Assembly: GCF_963921235.1 (NCBI RefSeq) | Contig: NC_086097.1 | Span: forward strand, 183,832,001-183,896,000 | Origin: Mobula hypostoma | Taxonomy: Eukaryota | Direction: 5' to 3' | DNA length: 64,000 nucleotides | Shown here: positions 24,151 through 37,805 of the stretch, piece after piece | How the letters are laid out: every line of letters begins with the position of its first letter | Numbering within the stretch: position 1 is the first letter of the stretch | Notes under the pieces: generated by a model | The model's input: only the letters and a program-made list of their open reading frames with translations | What the model was told of the DNA's origin: nothing | The model's database searches: none | Position numbers and translations under genes: made by a program

Positions 24151-26859
24151 TGATTTAACTCAGAAGTGGTTAAAATCATATTCTACTTTAAAATTTGAGT
24201 CTTTAGATGTGTTGCACTAAAGAAGACCACATTGTGCATCTGGATTTCTAGCCTTATGTGTTTAAAACCCTACAAATGTTGCATTATGGAGTCCATGAAA
24301 TAAAATGCAGAACATGTCACATTTTGGGAGAAGCTCTGCTTTGATTATTGGCCATAACATAAATTTTCATATAAGGAAAGAAAGTAGTCATAGATTCCCA
24401 TTCATCATTGAGTTTAAATTTTTCACACATTTTCTTCAATATCCTATGCATAAAATGTAGAATTTGTCAGACACATGTTGAGAAACAAATTGTGATATTA
24501 AGCCATTTTGTCTAATTTCTATTTGATCCAACTAAGCAGTTTTGACAACTCCTCTAGTAAACAAAAAACCCATAATGAAATAAAATAACTAAGAATGACA
24601 AATTTCACCCATATGCAATGTACAAAAGCTGTTTATACAACAGCAACTGCCCGAGGTACTGGAATGCAATGGGACTTTTATTTAAATTAGATAGCTATTT
24701 TATAATGTGAATGGAACACATGAGTCCTAAAGAAAAAACTAAATTACAAAAACCTCTTTCTGAAAGATTGGATGGTAATCATGTGATTTAGACATAAAAT
24801 CTTAGAGTTAAAGCTTTCAAGGATACATTTTGGGAATCTTTAGAGAATGATGGCTTAAGAGAAGGATGATATAGCTTTGAATCTTCAAACTGAAATATTC
24901 AGTCATTCATTGTCAATTTTGAGAATCTGTTCAGAACATTATCCTGCTATTCTTGAATATTGTCTTGTTCCATGTCACTGCCTCTTCAATTAGAATGTGG
25001 GACATTTCTGGATGAAGCACCCTTTTATCTTGCTAGGAATAATCAGCAGCTGTTTACTCCTGACAATTTGGCCCTGATACTCTCAATGTATCCATAACCA
25101 TGGATCTGGACTCCCGAAAATTATGACCTCATTTTATTGCTGATATTAGTCTCCTTTAAAGTAGGGTCACCTAGTGTCTGCACAGTATCAGTATGGACTG
25201 GTATATTAACATTCCTATAAGTTGTTATGGATAATGGAACCCAGAGCAGCACCTCAAATAGAGTCACAGTCACAGAGTAATGCAAGTGGAATCAGGCAAC
25301 TCAACTGTGCCAGCCAAAATGCTCATCTAAGCTGATCCCATTTGAGTCATCTCTTTCAAACATTCCTAAGTATGTACTTATCCACTTGTCTTTTGATAAT
25401 TTATGATGAGTGAAATAAGAGAAATATGAAGAAAACCAACGAAGAAATACTTCATTTGGTAAAGATGATATTAGACAGGATACAATTTTAGACACGGACT
25501 TTGTCTTCTGGGAAATATACACAGGATATGTCCCCTATTGCTAAGGGAACTGGGCATTTTATATAAGTTCTGGAAGTGACTTGCCAGAAAACTGTCCAGC
25601 ATCAGAACATCACCACTTTAAGCACTGTGCTTTAATATTTGTTGAAAACTGTTAAACCAGGATCTGCAGACACAACTTAAGAAAAGCAGACGAGGATCTC
25701 ATAAGTGACATATTTTCGAGTTGTTTTGTTTCCTTTATTGGTATAATGCTTCACCGAGACTCCCCAGAGCATTTCATGGCAGTGATTTATGATATGTGTT
25801 GTTAGCTCTGGGCTCTGGTTTAGTTAAATTCTTTCAACTGCAAACATATCCACAAGTCCAGTCCCTGCCACTAATTTTCATAAGTAATTACAAAGAATTT
25901 TAACATTACAGCATTATAAGAAAGATTAATTTTTACCACAGACAGCAAAACTAAAGACAACAAGTTTCCACACAGTACGGAATTTCTCTTGAAATCAATA
26001 ACTCCCTGCTTGTCTGCAGACTTACTTTAGACAATGCCAATGTTTGAGTCAATCATTGTCTGAATGCAGGTGTCCTTCAGAGATTTGAAAAATCAGTCAA
26101 GAAGTAAGGAACTTATAACTGAGAGGCTGTAAATATACTGGTGAATTATTTATGCCATGAATTGACTGGAAAAAGGTTAATGTGAATGACTGGTCTAATA
26201 AAGCACCATGATTTATCATTTCCAATGTGCACATTGTAAACCAGTGGCAGAGGGAGCTTCATCCTATAATTTTATTGTAATTCTCCAGCATTTTCACAGA
26301 CTTCCTTAGTAAACCATATTTCAATAAGACAGCTCAGAGTATTATCTCATATAAAATAAGTAAATCCTAATCTTAAATAAGGGACATTCCAATCATTTAA
26401 TGAATATGCTGCAATATTTTATACATAGAAGGTTATCAAATTCAAATTCTGCAGGATGTTTAAGATGTACTTCACTGAAAGCACTTGATTCCTTTTTGTC
26501 ATGGACCATATATTTGAGAAAAAAACAATAACATGGTATTAAGGTCACATTCAGTTGACTGTAATCAATTTTAACTACTACGATTGATGGAGGAAGTGCT
26601 TAAAGTATTTTAGATAAAATAGTAACAGAAATAATTATGCTCTTGGTACAATGAAGCTAATGTTAGTTGGCAATCAGTCACTAAATAAGTCAATTTGTTT
26701 AAGTAATACCTACCCACAAGATATTCTGAAAAAAGATCAATTATGGACATGCTGCTAACTACCCTTTCTGAAAAACAATGGCTTGAGCTATCTTCATTTT
26801 CCAATGAGCCAATTTTATCTGGCTTTAGGAGCAGAGTAGTTAAACAACAGCACCAGCAG

Positions 26860-27115
26860 GCAGCATTCTAGACCATTGATGTGAGTTTGCATCATAACAT
26901 AGCATCTGGGGAACTTAACCATGCCATCAAATTAGAAACTTGAGCTAATCATTTGAACTGTGATTGAAACCCATCTGATTCATTAGTAGCTTCAGAGAAG
27001 GAAATTCGTTCTCCTTAACTTGTCTGGCCAATATGTGACCATGGGCCCATCAGTCTGTTGATTCTTCCGTTCAGGGAAAATTATTGATGCAGGTAATACC
27101 AACCACGTCCATCTC
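26860..27115 (+). mobile_element. Ancient Deu-domain SINE (SacSINE1-like) remnant
   Basis: aaacccatctgattcattag...gaaggaaatt...ccttaacttgtctggccaatatgtgac resembles my recollection of the SacSINE1 body. Confidence 0.5.
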
Positions 27116-27474
27116 TTTATCTCATTTTAACCAACTTCAACATCTGTTTACTGATTATTTCTCAGCAATTTGTTTTTCCAACCTGATTGGAACCTGGTAC
27201 AATCCATGCCTTCTTTTTGCAGGCTCAAGTACTTTAATTACCAATGACACTTAACCAGTATTGAGTATTAGTATTGAGTTAATTTTTACAGAACTTCAGT
27301 TATTAAGCATAAGGTCATAGAATCAGAGACTCATACAGCATGGATAGGGGTTGTTCAGACCTTTGAGTCCATTAAGAAACCTTTGTAGAAATCCTAGACT
27401 AACAATGAGTTCATATATAAAATTTCTTATCTAGTGTATGCAACAGAGATACAGAAGACATTTCTGTTGAACAT

Positions 27475-28692
27475 GAGCAGTAGATGTAGTGTATAGAGCA
27501 GTAGATGTAGTGTATATGGATTTCAGCAAGGCATTTGATAAGGTACCCCATGCAAGGCTTATTGAGAATGTAAGGAGGCATGGAATCCAAGGGGATCTTG
27601 CTTTGTGGATCCAGAATTGACTTGCCCACAGAAGGCAAAGAGTGGTTGTAGAAGGGTCATATTCTGCATGTAGGTCAGTGACCAGTGGTGTGCCTCAGGG
27701 ATCTGTTCTGGGACTCTTACTCTTTGTGATTTTTATAAATGACCTGGATGAAGAAGTGGAGGGATGGGTTAGTAAATTTGCTGATGACACAAACGTTGGA
27801 GGTGATGTGGATAGTGTGGAGGGCTGTCAGAGGTTACAGCAGGACATTGATAGGATGCAAAACTGGGCTGAGAAGTGGCAGGTAGAGTTCTACCCAGATA
27901 ATTGAGAGGTGGTTCATTTTGGTAGATCAAATATTATGACAGAATATAGTATTAATGATAAGACTCTTGGCAGTGTGGAGGATCAGAGCGATCTTGGGGT
28001 CCGAGTCCATAGGACGCTGAAAACAGCTGCACAGGTTGACGCTGTGGTTAAGAAGGCATACGGTGTATTGGCCTTCATCAATCGTGGAATTGAATTTAGG
28101 AGCCAAGAGGTAATGTTGCAGCTATATAGGACCCTGGTCAGACCCCACTTGGATTACTGTGCTCAGTGCTGGTTGCCTCACTATAGGAAGGATGTGGAAA
28201 CCATAGAAAGGGTGCAGAGGAAATTTACAAGGATGTTGCCTGGATTGGGGAGCATGCCTTATGAGAATAGGTTGAGTGAACTCGGCCTTTTTTCCTTGGA
28301 GCGACAGAGGATGAGAGGTGACCTGATAGAAGTGTATAAGGTGATGAGAGGCATTGATTGTGTGGATAGTCAGAGGCTTTTTCCCAGGGCTGAAATGACT
28401 AACATGAGAGGGCACAGTTTTAAGGTGCTTGGAAGCAGGCACAGAGGAGATGTCAGGGATAATTTTTTTTACGCAGAGAGTGGTGAGTGTGTAGAATGGG
28501 CTGCCAGCGACGGTGTGGAGGCAGATACGATAGGGTCTTTTATGAGACTCCTGGACAGCTACATGGAGCGTAGAAAAATAGAGGGCTATAGGTAACCTAG
28601 GCAATTTCTCAGGTAAGGACATATTCGGCACAGCTTTGGGGGCCGAAGGGCCTGTATTGAGCTGTAGGTTTTCTATGTTTCTATGTTCTATG
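27475..28692 (+). mobile_element. CR1 LINE, 5'-truncated, RT core to tail, relatively young
   Basis: MDFSKAFDKVP, SGVPQGSVLG, KFADDT (ORF 27642..27905); ORF 27909..28595; (TTCTATG)n tail. Confidence 0.95.
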
Positions 28693-29180
28693 ATAAGGAG
28701 ATGATAGGAGATCTATGCAACTCTGATGGAGATATACATAATTCTAGTCTGGCCTCTGCAAGGCCATGGAGTCAAAGCAGCTGATGAATTCCTGCAAAGT
28801 GATCCTTGCTCAGTAGGGTTGCAGTCATATCAGTGCCAGTTCCTTGTGCTCCATCCCCAGAATTCTTTGATTGATGTCAATGATAGTAATTCCATGGGGC
28901 AGAATAGAGCCATAGAGTCATAGAACTCTATAAAATAGAAACAGGCCCTTCAGCCCATCTAGTCCATGCTGAACCATTAATCTGCCTAGTCCCAATGTCC
29001 TACACCAGATTATAGCCCTCCATACTGTCCCATGTAACTATCCACATCTCTCTTAAATGTTGACATTGACCCCACATCCACCACTTGTGCCGGCAGCTCG
29101 TTCCACACTCTCAATACCCGGTGAGTAAAGAAGTTCCTCTTCAAATTCCCTTTAAACATTTCACCTTTCACCCTTAACCC

Positions 29181-29863
29181 TGTTATCTGTTATCTGAATA
29201 TCTGAATACCTGTTACCTGAATATCTGTTATCTGTCAAGTAGGGGACCGTGCACAATTCTGATTTGATGGAGACAGACGTGAGAGCACAGCGGAACATCT
29301 GGAAAACTTCTGAAATTCCTGCTTCGCTGCCACTGCTACTGTGTGGTAACCGGAATCTCCGGAGCTGAAGGCCCCAAAATTCTCGGCTTTGCGTGTTTCA
29401 GCGGCCGGGGAGAGGTCGAAGGCGCTCGGCAGAGGATGGCGCTCGGGAGGCTGTATCGGAGAGGCTGGTCAGAAGCTCAGAGTTTTCAGACGAATGGACT
29501 CAGTGTCGGCTGGGGTCGGCTGCTTCCAAGGTATCGGCAAATTGACGGTTCCTTGAGGTTTTTGGCAGGGAGTTTCTCCTTTTTGCCGCCTGCTATCGGG
29601 GACTCAGAAGTCGATCAACTCGGGACTTTGAGACTTTTTTTTACTGTGCCCATGGTCTGTTCTTTATCAAATTATGGTATTGCTTTGCACTTCCGTAACT
29701 GTACGTTATAATTATGTGGTTCTGTCAGTGTTAGTCTTTGGTCTGTCTTGTTTTCTGTGATATCACTCTGGAGGAACATTGTATCATTTCTTAATGCATG
29801 TATGCATTTCTAAATGACAATAAAAGAGGACTGAGTGTTCTCATAATCTAATCTAATCTAATC
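29181..29863 (+). mobile_element. Non-LTR retroelement 3' UTR or SINE-like insertion with (TAATC)n tail
   Basis: TSD TAACCC at 29175-29180 and 29864-29869; AATAAA then (TAATC)4; CpG-rich body; family not identified. Confidence 0.75.
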
Positions 29864-29967
29864 TAACCCATGACATCTAGTTTTAGTCTCTACCAACCTC
29901 AGTGGAAAAAGCCTGCTTGCACTTATCTTATCTATACTCCTCATAATTTATTTAATTCTTTAAATTT

Positions 29968-30236
29968 ATACTTATTTATTGCGATACAGCATGGAATAGA
30001 CCGTTCTGGCCCTTTGAGCCACGCCGCCAAGCAATCCCCGATTTAATCCTAGTCAAATCACGTGACAATTTACAATGACCAATTAACCTACCAACTGGTA
30101 AATATTTGGACTGTGGGAGGAAACTGGAGCACCTGGAGGAAACACACAGTCACGGGGAGAGTGTACAGACTCCTTACAGGTATTGGTGGGAAATGAACCC
30201 AGGTCGCAGGTGCTAACTACTACCATGTTGCTCCAC
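29968..30236 (-). mobile_element. HE1-like V-SINE
   Basis: tttggactgtgggaggaaactggagcacctggaggaaac...cacggggaga; reverse B-box tgaacccagg. Confidence 0.75.
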
Positions 30237-30251
30237 AATTTTGTACACCTC

Positions 30252-30898
30252 TGTAACACTCGCTTTGCCTAGTGGCATGATCTCGGAGTGATAACTCCCT
30301 GCTCGGCTAAACCTTAGAACTCTTGTTTGGGTGAATGCTGTGCAGTGTCCCCTGTTTCAAATCAGTACCCCGTAATGACAAGCCGTACACAGGATGCGGT
30401 TAAATAATTAAGATTTTATAATTCTTACTTGAACTATGGGGTTAGTAGAGAACCGAAATATAAAATAAAAAAAGGGTGCCACTATATCTTTATTCAGTCT
30501 GTGCACAATTAATTAATTGAAGCTCATGCAATATCCACTTTCCATCATTCGATCTCCTCCGAACTCCGCCGGGTCCTAAGCCCCCACTCAGGGTTCGCTC
30601 CACTCACTGGGTCACAGCATCTCTTCGGGTGCATCTTCTCTCTTCTTCCCCATGGTGCGTTCTTCCCAAATCCCGGGCAAACAAAAGTTTACAGACACAC
30701 AAGAAAGAATAACATCTATTCCAATTGGTTGACAAATGAATACAAGTCCCATTATCGGTAATTATAACCCAAACGTGCTGCTACAGAGAACCCCTTACCT
30801 CAGCAGTTAACATTACAAAGAAGCCATTTTATTATAACACTATTGAGAAGCCATTTTATTAGCCTTAGCAAGAAACATGAAAGAAGAAACCCTTTACA
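30252..30898 (-). mobile_element. Solo LTR, 4-bp TSD
   Basis: TG...CA; CCTC at 30248-30251 and 30899-30902; minus-strand start resembles the LTR at 63136. Confidence 0.85.
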
Positions 30899-33800
30899 CC
30901 TCTATCAAACCTTCCCTCAGTTTTCGATGTTCCAGGGAATAAAGCCCTAAGCTATTTAACCTTCCTCTATAACTCAGGGCCTCAAGTCCCGGCAAAGTCT
31001 TCGTAAATTTTCTCTGCACTCTTTCAATCTTTTTTACATCTTTCCAGTAGGCTGGTGATCAAAACTAGCACAATACTCCAAATTAGGCCTCACCAGCATC
31101 TTACGTGATTTCATCGTAAGATCCTAACTCTTGTACTCAATACATAAAGGCCAATGTGTCAAAAGTTTTCTTCATGACCCTCTGTACCTGTGACCACTCT
31201 TTCAAGGAATTATGAATCTGTATTCCCAGATCCCTCTGTTCTACCACACTCTTCAGTGCCTTAACATTCACCATGTAAGATTTTGGGAGGTTGGTCCTCC
31301 CAAAGTGCAACACCTCACACTTGTCTGTATTAAATTCCATCTGCCATTTCTCAGTCCGTTTCACCAGCTGGTCCAGATCCTGGTACAAGATATGATTTCT
31401 CACTGTCCACTACACCCCCAATCTTGGTGTCATCTACAAATTTGCTGATCCAGTTTACCACATTATCATCCTGATTACTGATATAGATGACAAGCAACAA
31501 TGGACCCTGCTCCAATCCTTGCAGCACACTACTAGTCACAGGCTCAAGTCAGAGGGACAACCATCTACAACCACAATCTGACTTTCTCCACGAAGCTAAT
31601 GTCTAATCCAATTTACTACCTCATCCTGACTGCCAAGCAACTGAATCTTTTTCACCATATTCCCATGCAGGACCTTGTCAAAGACATTGCTAAAACCCAT
31701 GTGGACAACATCCACTGCCTTGCCTTCATTAATTTTCCTGGTAACTTCCTCAAAATACTGCATAAGATAGGTTAGACATGACCTACCAAACACAAAGCCA
31801 TGCTGACTATCCTTAATCAGTTCCTGTCTATCCAAAATACTCATATATCCATTCCCTTAGAACACCTTCCAATAACTTTTCCACTACTGATGTCAGGCTC
31901 ACTGGCCTATAACTGCCTTGCTTATTCTTGAAACTATTCTTAAATGACAGAGGAACATTGGCAATCCTCCAATCTTCTGGCACCTTAGCCACAGCGAAGG
32001 ATGATTTATTATGAGCCTCTGTTAAGGCTCCTGAAATTTCTGCACTAACTTTTCACAGGGTCTGAGGGAACACATTGTCAGGCCCTAGGGATTTATCCAC
32101 CCTAATGTGCCTCAAGACAGCAAACACTTCCTCCTCTGTAATCTGTACAGGGTCCATGACCTCGCTACCCATGCCTCACATCTCTAGACTCTGTGTCCAT
32201 CTCCTGAGTAAATAAAGATGGAAAAAAATTGATTTATGACCCCCCCCCCATCTCTTTAAGCTCCATGCATAGATTATCACTCTGATCTTTGAGAGGTCAA
32301 ATTTTGTCCCCTGCTCTTAGTATATGTGTAAAGCCCATAGGATTCTCCTTTGCCTTATCTGCTAGAGAAACCTCATGTCTTCTTTTAGCCCTCCTGATTT
32401 TCTTCTTTAGTGTTCTCTTGCATTTCTTATAATCCTCAAGTACCTCATTTGTTCCTGCCTGTAAATACCTGCTATGCACCTCCTTTTTCTTAACCAGGGC
32501 CTCAAAATCTCTAGAATCAAGCAGATTCTAACATTTTTGGCAAACTGACTGGGAATCACTTTTTCAACAAATACCTTTTTTAAACATTATTTATTCCAGG
32601 AGGCCCAAGTAGTTTTAATCTTTTCTTGTCTGTGGATACTGAGACCAAATGTTGCTATTGTATCTTCCTTCACCACTTCCTCTGACAGCACGTTCTAGAA
32701 AAACACTACATTTTACATAAAATTCTTGCCTCACAAATCTTCTTTCAACATTTCCCCTCTCACCTTAAGGTTACACCCCCTGGAATTTGACATTTCCACC
32801 CTGGAATGAAGAATCTGTCCATCTTATGCTCAGCAAATTCAGCACAGGACTATGACGGTATCTGGAGACTTTCAAGCAGTGTTTGGGTCAGTTTCAAACT
32901 GTGAGTGTATTTACCAACCAAGTTGTGCTGGAGCTAAGGAGAAAGCTTTTTGAACATGACTTAAATTTTCAGAGAACAATAGAGTCAAAAATGTGTTTCC
33001 CAGTTGGGGAGATATCTCACAATATACAAACTAATCAATACAAGCAGCCTTTGGCAAAAAAATATTGAGCTGTCTCTTCTGACAGCTAATTGCATGTCCT
33101 CTGTCTCTGGCATGAAACTCATGATAAATGTACTGTGATTCCTCCATAATGTTTATGGGTCCGAGTACATACTACTGTAACAAATTCCTTTGTGTTTAAT
33201 TAATACAGTTTTTTTGTTTTCTGAAGTACAGATACAGCCATCTTAGTACATCTGCACAGTATAAGTCATCGTGGATGTGTTTTGCCCCTTTTGACTTCGG
33301 TACCTCTTGGAGGTCTGGTTGCATTAATTTTAAGTTCATAATAGAAAATATTGCCAGTGATTTAAAAAAAAATGGTTCAAATGTTTGCAGATATTAAGCG
33401 TGTTGCATGTGTTAATGCATATAGCAGAATAATGGTTTTATGAAAGGTTATCTGAACACAATGACACAGCCATTCCCCTCAAATGACCTTGGGTAATCAC
33501 ACTGTTGAGAAATAGGGCTACAACAATGTGTCTTTTGCTGACTAGATTATGTTAATAGAGTTGCATAAGGTATGTTTTCATCCCACTCATCGATTTAAAA
33601 ACTGGCTTTGAATTGTTGAAGGTTGCTTATCATCAATGTTAATTGTTTGATGCATTTTTAAAATGTTCTTAACCTCAAAACACTTGTAATAGAATCACTT
33701 CAAAACATGCAAGAACTAAATTGACCATACAACATCCCGGTTCTTGTGCCAAGTATCAAGGTAATGAATAGGGTGCAAGTATGATACGTATGCATATTGA

Positions 33801-35039
33801 AACAAGATTATGCTTGATTTTTGCATAGCTTTCAACATATTAGCAACATCAGGAAACTATATCAATCTCAAATATACAATCCTGGCTGTGGATTCTAGTC
33901 CTGGTGTGATAAATACAAATGTATCTCATGGAGTGTTTGTTAGTCTCAGCCGACCTTACCATTCAGACACCGAAATTGTTTGCTTCTGGACCAGTTACAT
34001 AGAGCTACATAAAAATTGTTGTTACATGACATACCATTATTTTTTTTTACTGGAATTGAGATTGCTATCCTTTTTCTATGATAAAGTATGGAAAGGAAAT
34101 CCACTTTTGTTTGCAGTTTGTTCACTTACAGTTGTGTTTTCTTAATATAAGCGAATAGATTGCTTATCTGCATTGTTCATCTCAGTATGTAAATATTTCA
34201 ATCATTGAAAAATCCCAATGAGGCTGAAGCTTGGGTTTGAAATATTCTGCATCATACTTTAAAAGTCTTCATTAATAATTGGAGTCAGAACCAAACTGAA
34301 GAGATGCATGCATGATGCTCATATGGAATTTTTAAAGGTATTTGATAAATGGATTAAAATTTTAAAAATAGGATATATGATATTAATGAGTGTGTCCTTA
34401 TAAACAGGAATATAGCTGAAGTTCATAAAATAATGAATAATACTTTAGACCTGAAGGCATGTAAACAATGCTGGCTATTGAGGGCACAATTCGGATTCAC
34501 TCCACACAGCACACAGAGAAAATATTTCCTGTTGAAAAGCATACACATTATTCTCAGGAGGACAGCTCCTTTGAAAGGTCAGTTTTTCCTGGATGTCTTT
34601 GAGTTACCTATATCAAATCTCTATTGTAGTGTATGGTTCAAAAGACAGTTAGTTTTTCAACTTTATTCCAGCAAAATGATTCTAGGTCAAGCATGGAAAA
34701 AAGTAAGCACTGATGCTGGTTTCTAGGCAGTGCTCTGGGTTCTACCATACTCACAGGAGCAACACTTGGTTCAAGACTTTATTTTGCAATAAGGGGAAGA
34801 ATTACTGACTCCTTGCACTGGAAAATTATCATGTGGTAAGGCATTTGTGTGATTGACATGACTGAATTTCTACGTAAAGGAAACTTCGTTCACAAAATAT
34901 TCACCTTTTCTTCATTTGACTGATGCACTAATTTATAGAAGTCCCTGTTTATACACAGTGCTTTTCCACATGATGCAACATATAACTTTATAGCACATTT
35001 ATAATTTACATCCATGCCTGAGTAACTGTAGAGAATATA

Positions 35040-35330
35040 GGTAGTCAGACATGCCTTCACTACCAAGACAAGGGCAGCCGGTGCAAGGGAACATGTTTGC
35101 CTATAAGTTTCCATCATCTTTCACAATGTCCTGTCTTGAAAGTATGTCAGAATTCCTTCAATATAGCTGGTATAAATTCTAGAGCTCCATACCCAACAGC
35201 ATCAAAGGAACCTTTTCACCAGAAAGACTGCAGTAGTTCAATGAGTCACTCTTCACCATTTTCACAAGGGCCATTTTGGATGGAAAATAAATATAGGCCC
35301 TGCCAATACTGCTTACATCCCCCAAAATCA
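35040..35330 (+). mobile_element. Old LINE 3' tail (CR1/L2-group, SacSINE-type tail)
   Basis: gactgcagtagttcaa...caccattttcacaagggc...ggatggaaaataaat...gccaa...acatccc; similar remnant at ~50800-50885. Confidence 0.5.
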
Positions 35331-36499
35331 ATAATGTTACGTCTGCTTTTCTGCTAGTTACAGTCTGAGTAGTTTCCCAGCAACTGAGTTTGGCACTAAG
35401 AACTCACCATGCTTTTTAAGTTAAAAACACCCCTCACTATAACTCTCCCTAGAGCCCCAAATTTACTCTCATCTCCAGGTCAAGAATCCATTTCCACATC
35501 CAGACATCCCCAATTACCAATTATTCCCAAATTACTCTGTCCATCTTCAATGCCCACCAGCTCCCGTATTAAGACTTAATCTTCCTGCCACAGCTTCTCT
35601 TCTTTGTGACTCCCACACCCCTGTGACCCATCGTGAAGAACAATGACTTATTTATTTCCCTTCACAACTGTGGAATATGAGAAAGACATTCCACTGTGTA
35701 AAGCCTGCATGGATTATTGTATTCCATATGGTCTGTTGTGCCCTGTAAAGAGGCACTCTAGCCCAATGTATACTATTCATCACCCACGCTTTTCCAGATA
35801 TGGAACCGTTTTTATGCATTGATCCTTTTTAACTATTAGAAAATAAATGACTTTCATTTCAAATTATTCATCAAAGCTTGAACTTTGATCTACAGAGACA
35901 GTAGAAAGAATTCACTATAAATGTCTTACCAAAGACCATAACTTTACTCTCTGAAATAAAAAGTAAAGTCTCAATTAACTCAAGTAAGGAGTCAATTCAA
36001 ACCAGTTTAAAATGACAACAGCAAGTACTGTCACAATCATTTTTACACTAGCCATATGCTAACTAATGTTAGACGTAAAGTAAGTTTGGCATTTTTGATC
36101 ATGTACAATCACAATTATTATAAAAATGACCATGGGTTCTATGGATAATGCATTGGTTTTGGAAAAACTCTTGTCAATTAATCTGTTATATTTATTTTTC
36201 CACAAGTTGTATTTATGTAAATAAGTTGATTTTTAATTTTTTTTTATGACAATTTTCCATTTAGACTGCTCATTCTACTTTTCCATTGCTTTGTGAACAC
36301 AGTTTAGGTAAAGTTATGTCCTTAAATTCTGCATAAGTCATTGAGCATTGCTTGAAGAAGTGGTCTCCCCTTCCTATGTTATATTGTGGTTATCAGAAAG
36401 GGGAAGAAGGGACTGAAGACAAGTCACTATCTAAAGACCCAGATTTGAAAGAAACAGTCAACAAATACCTGTATTCAGTCCATGTACTTATTCTTTCAC

Positions 36500-36870
36500 A
36501 AATATTGTTAAATTGGTTTTTCTTGTCACATGTACTGAGGTACGATCAAAAACATGTCTTGTATACTCTTCATACTGATCAATTCGTTGCAACAGTACAT
36601 TAAGATTTTACAAAGGTAAAACAATAACAGAGTGCAGAATGAGGTGTAACAGTTAGAGAAAGTGCACTGCAAGTAGACAATAAGTACAAGGTTGCAATGA
36701 GTAGATTGTTAGGTCAAGATGGGATCTTAATGTACTAGGGATGTTCAGTAGCCTTATATGAAGGGATAGAAGCTGTCTTTGAGCCTGGTGGTGCATGCCT
36801 CCAAGCTTTTGTATCTTCTGTCCAATCGGAGGGATGACAAAGGAGAACATCTGGGTGGATAGGGCCTTTC
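36500..36870 (-). mobile_element. Rex1/Babar 3' end
   Basis: Minus strand encodes GQKIQKL...HHQAQRQLLS (frameshifted RLKDSF motif) followed by 3' UTR. Confidence 0.7.
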
Positions 36871-37325
36871 TTTATACATACCAACATCCATTTACTCTCC
36901 TTTGTCTTTCCTGCGTGTTATTTCCTCAAGGAATTCCAACAGATTTTTTGAGCAAGAATTTACCTTAGGAAATCCATGCTGATTTTTTTCCTATTTTATC
37001 ATGTGCCTCCAAATATCCTGAAACTGTGGAGAGACATTTGAAATTTTCCAGTCCTCTGAAACTATTCCAAATCTAGTGATTTTGGAAAGACCATTATGAA
37101 AGCCTCCACAATCTCTTCAGCTACTTCTTTTAGACCCCTGGGGTGTAGTTCTTCTGCATCAATTGACTTATCTATGTTTGTACATTCAGACTTTTCAGCT
37201 TCCCAGGCAATGACATTCACTTCTGCCCCCTGACACTTCTTGCATTTCTATCATTCTGCTAATGTCTTCCATAGTGAAGACTAACACAAAATACTTGTTA
37301 AAGTTGTCTACCATTTCTTTGTCCC

Positions 37326-37805
37326 CCAATGGCATGGACCTCAAATAGCCTCTGACAACCGAGTCTAGCTCCTGGCCTTCACATGTGGCTTAGCTACTGA
37401 CAGTAGAAGGGGAAAAGGTGGGTTACTGGCACCTTAAGACCAGTTGCTTCAGGCAGATGGGATTGGCAGCTCATCTCGGAGAAGGAAAACTCTGACCTCA
37501 AACCTCTGCTGCCTTGTGGCTATACCCACTCATGGGGAAGGCTTTGGGAGGAAACTCCTCTGGAAAACTCCTAGCCGGAGTCCCTACATCGAGTTCAATT
37601 TGACAAGCATCTCCTGCGACGCTGCTGTTACCACTCTGTATCAGTCTCTGATGTTCCTTTAGGTTCATCAGATACGAGGAGAAGGGGAACTTGCTACATG
37701 GGCAACAGCTTGCTCTCTATATCGTACTACCCTGGCTTGTATACCTAGACAGATAGGATGCAAATTCCATGGTCAACTCCGACCAACGGAAGCCTCAGAC
37801 TCAGA
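37326..37805 (+). mobile_element. RTE-derived non-autonomous element (5' UTR + 3' tail), copy 1
   Basis: ggagaaggaaaactctgacctcaaacc RTE 5'-UTR motif; ccatggtc...aacggaagcc RTE-type 3' end; homologous to 47409 and 59991/61347 copies. Confidence 0.75.

Larger units (their letters stand above)
28915..32500 (-). mobile_element. CR1 LINE (tether + RT + 3' UTR) with three nested insertions
   Basis: ORFs 32297..32479, 31596..31844 (QHGF..GRSCLT), 31351..31539, 31137..31403; contiguous across the inserts. Confidence 0.9.

Noticed and set aside
26070..26108. Possible 34-nt exon (VSFRDLKNQSR)
   Set aside because: Poor polypyrimidine tract and no recognisable homology
29181..29235. Short repeats here and the repeated TIRs at 41736-42202 as a CRISPR-like array
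   Set aside because: No constant repeat with unique spacers, no cas genes, eukaryotic context
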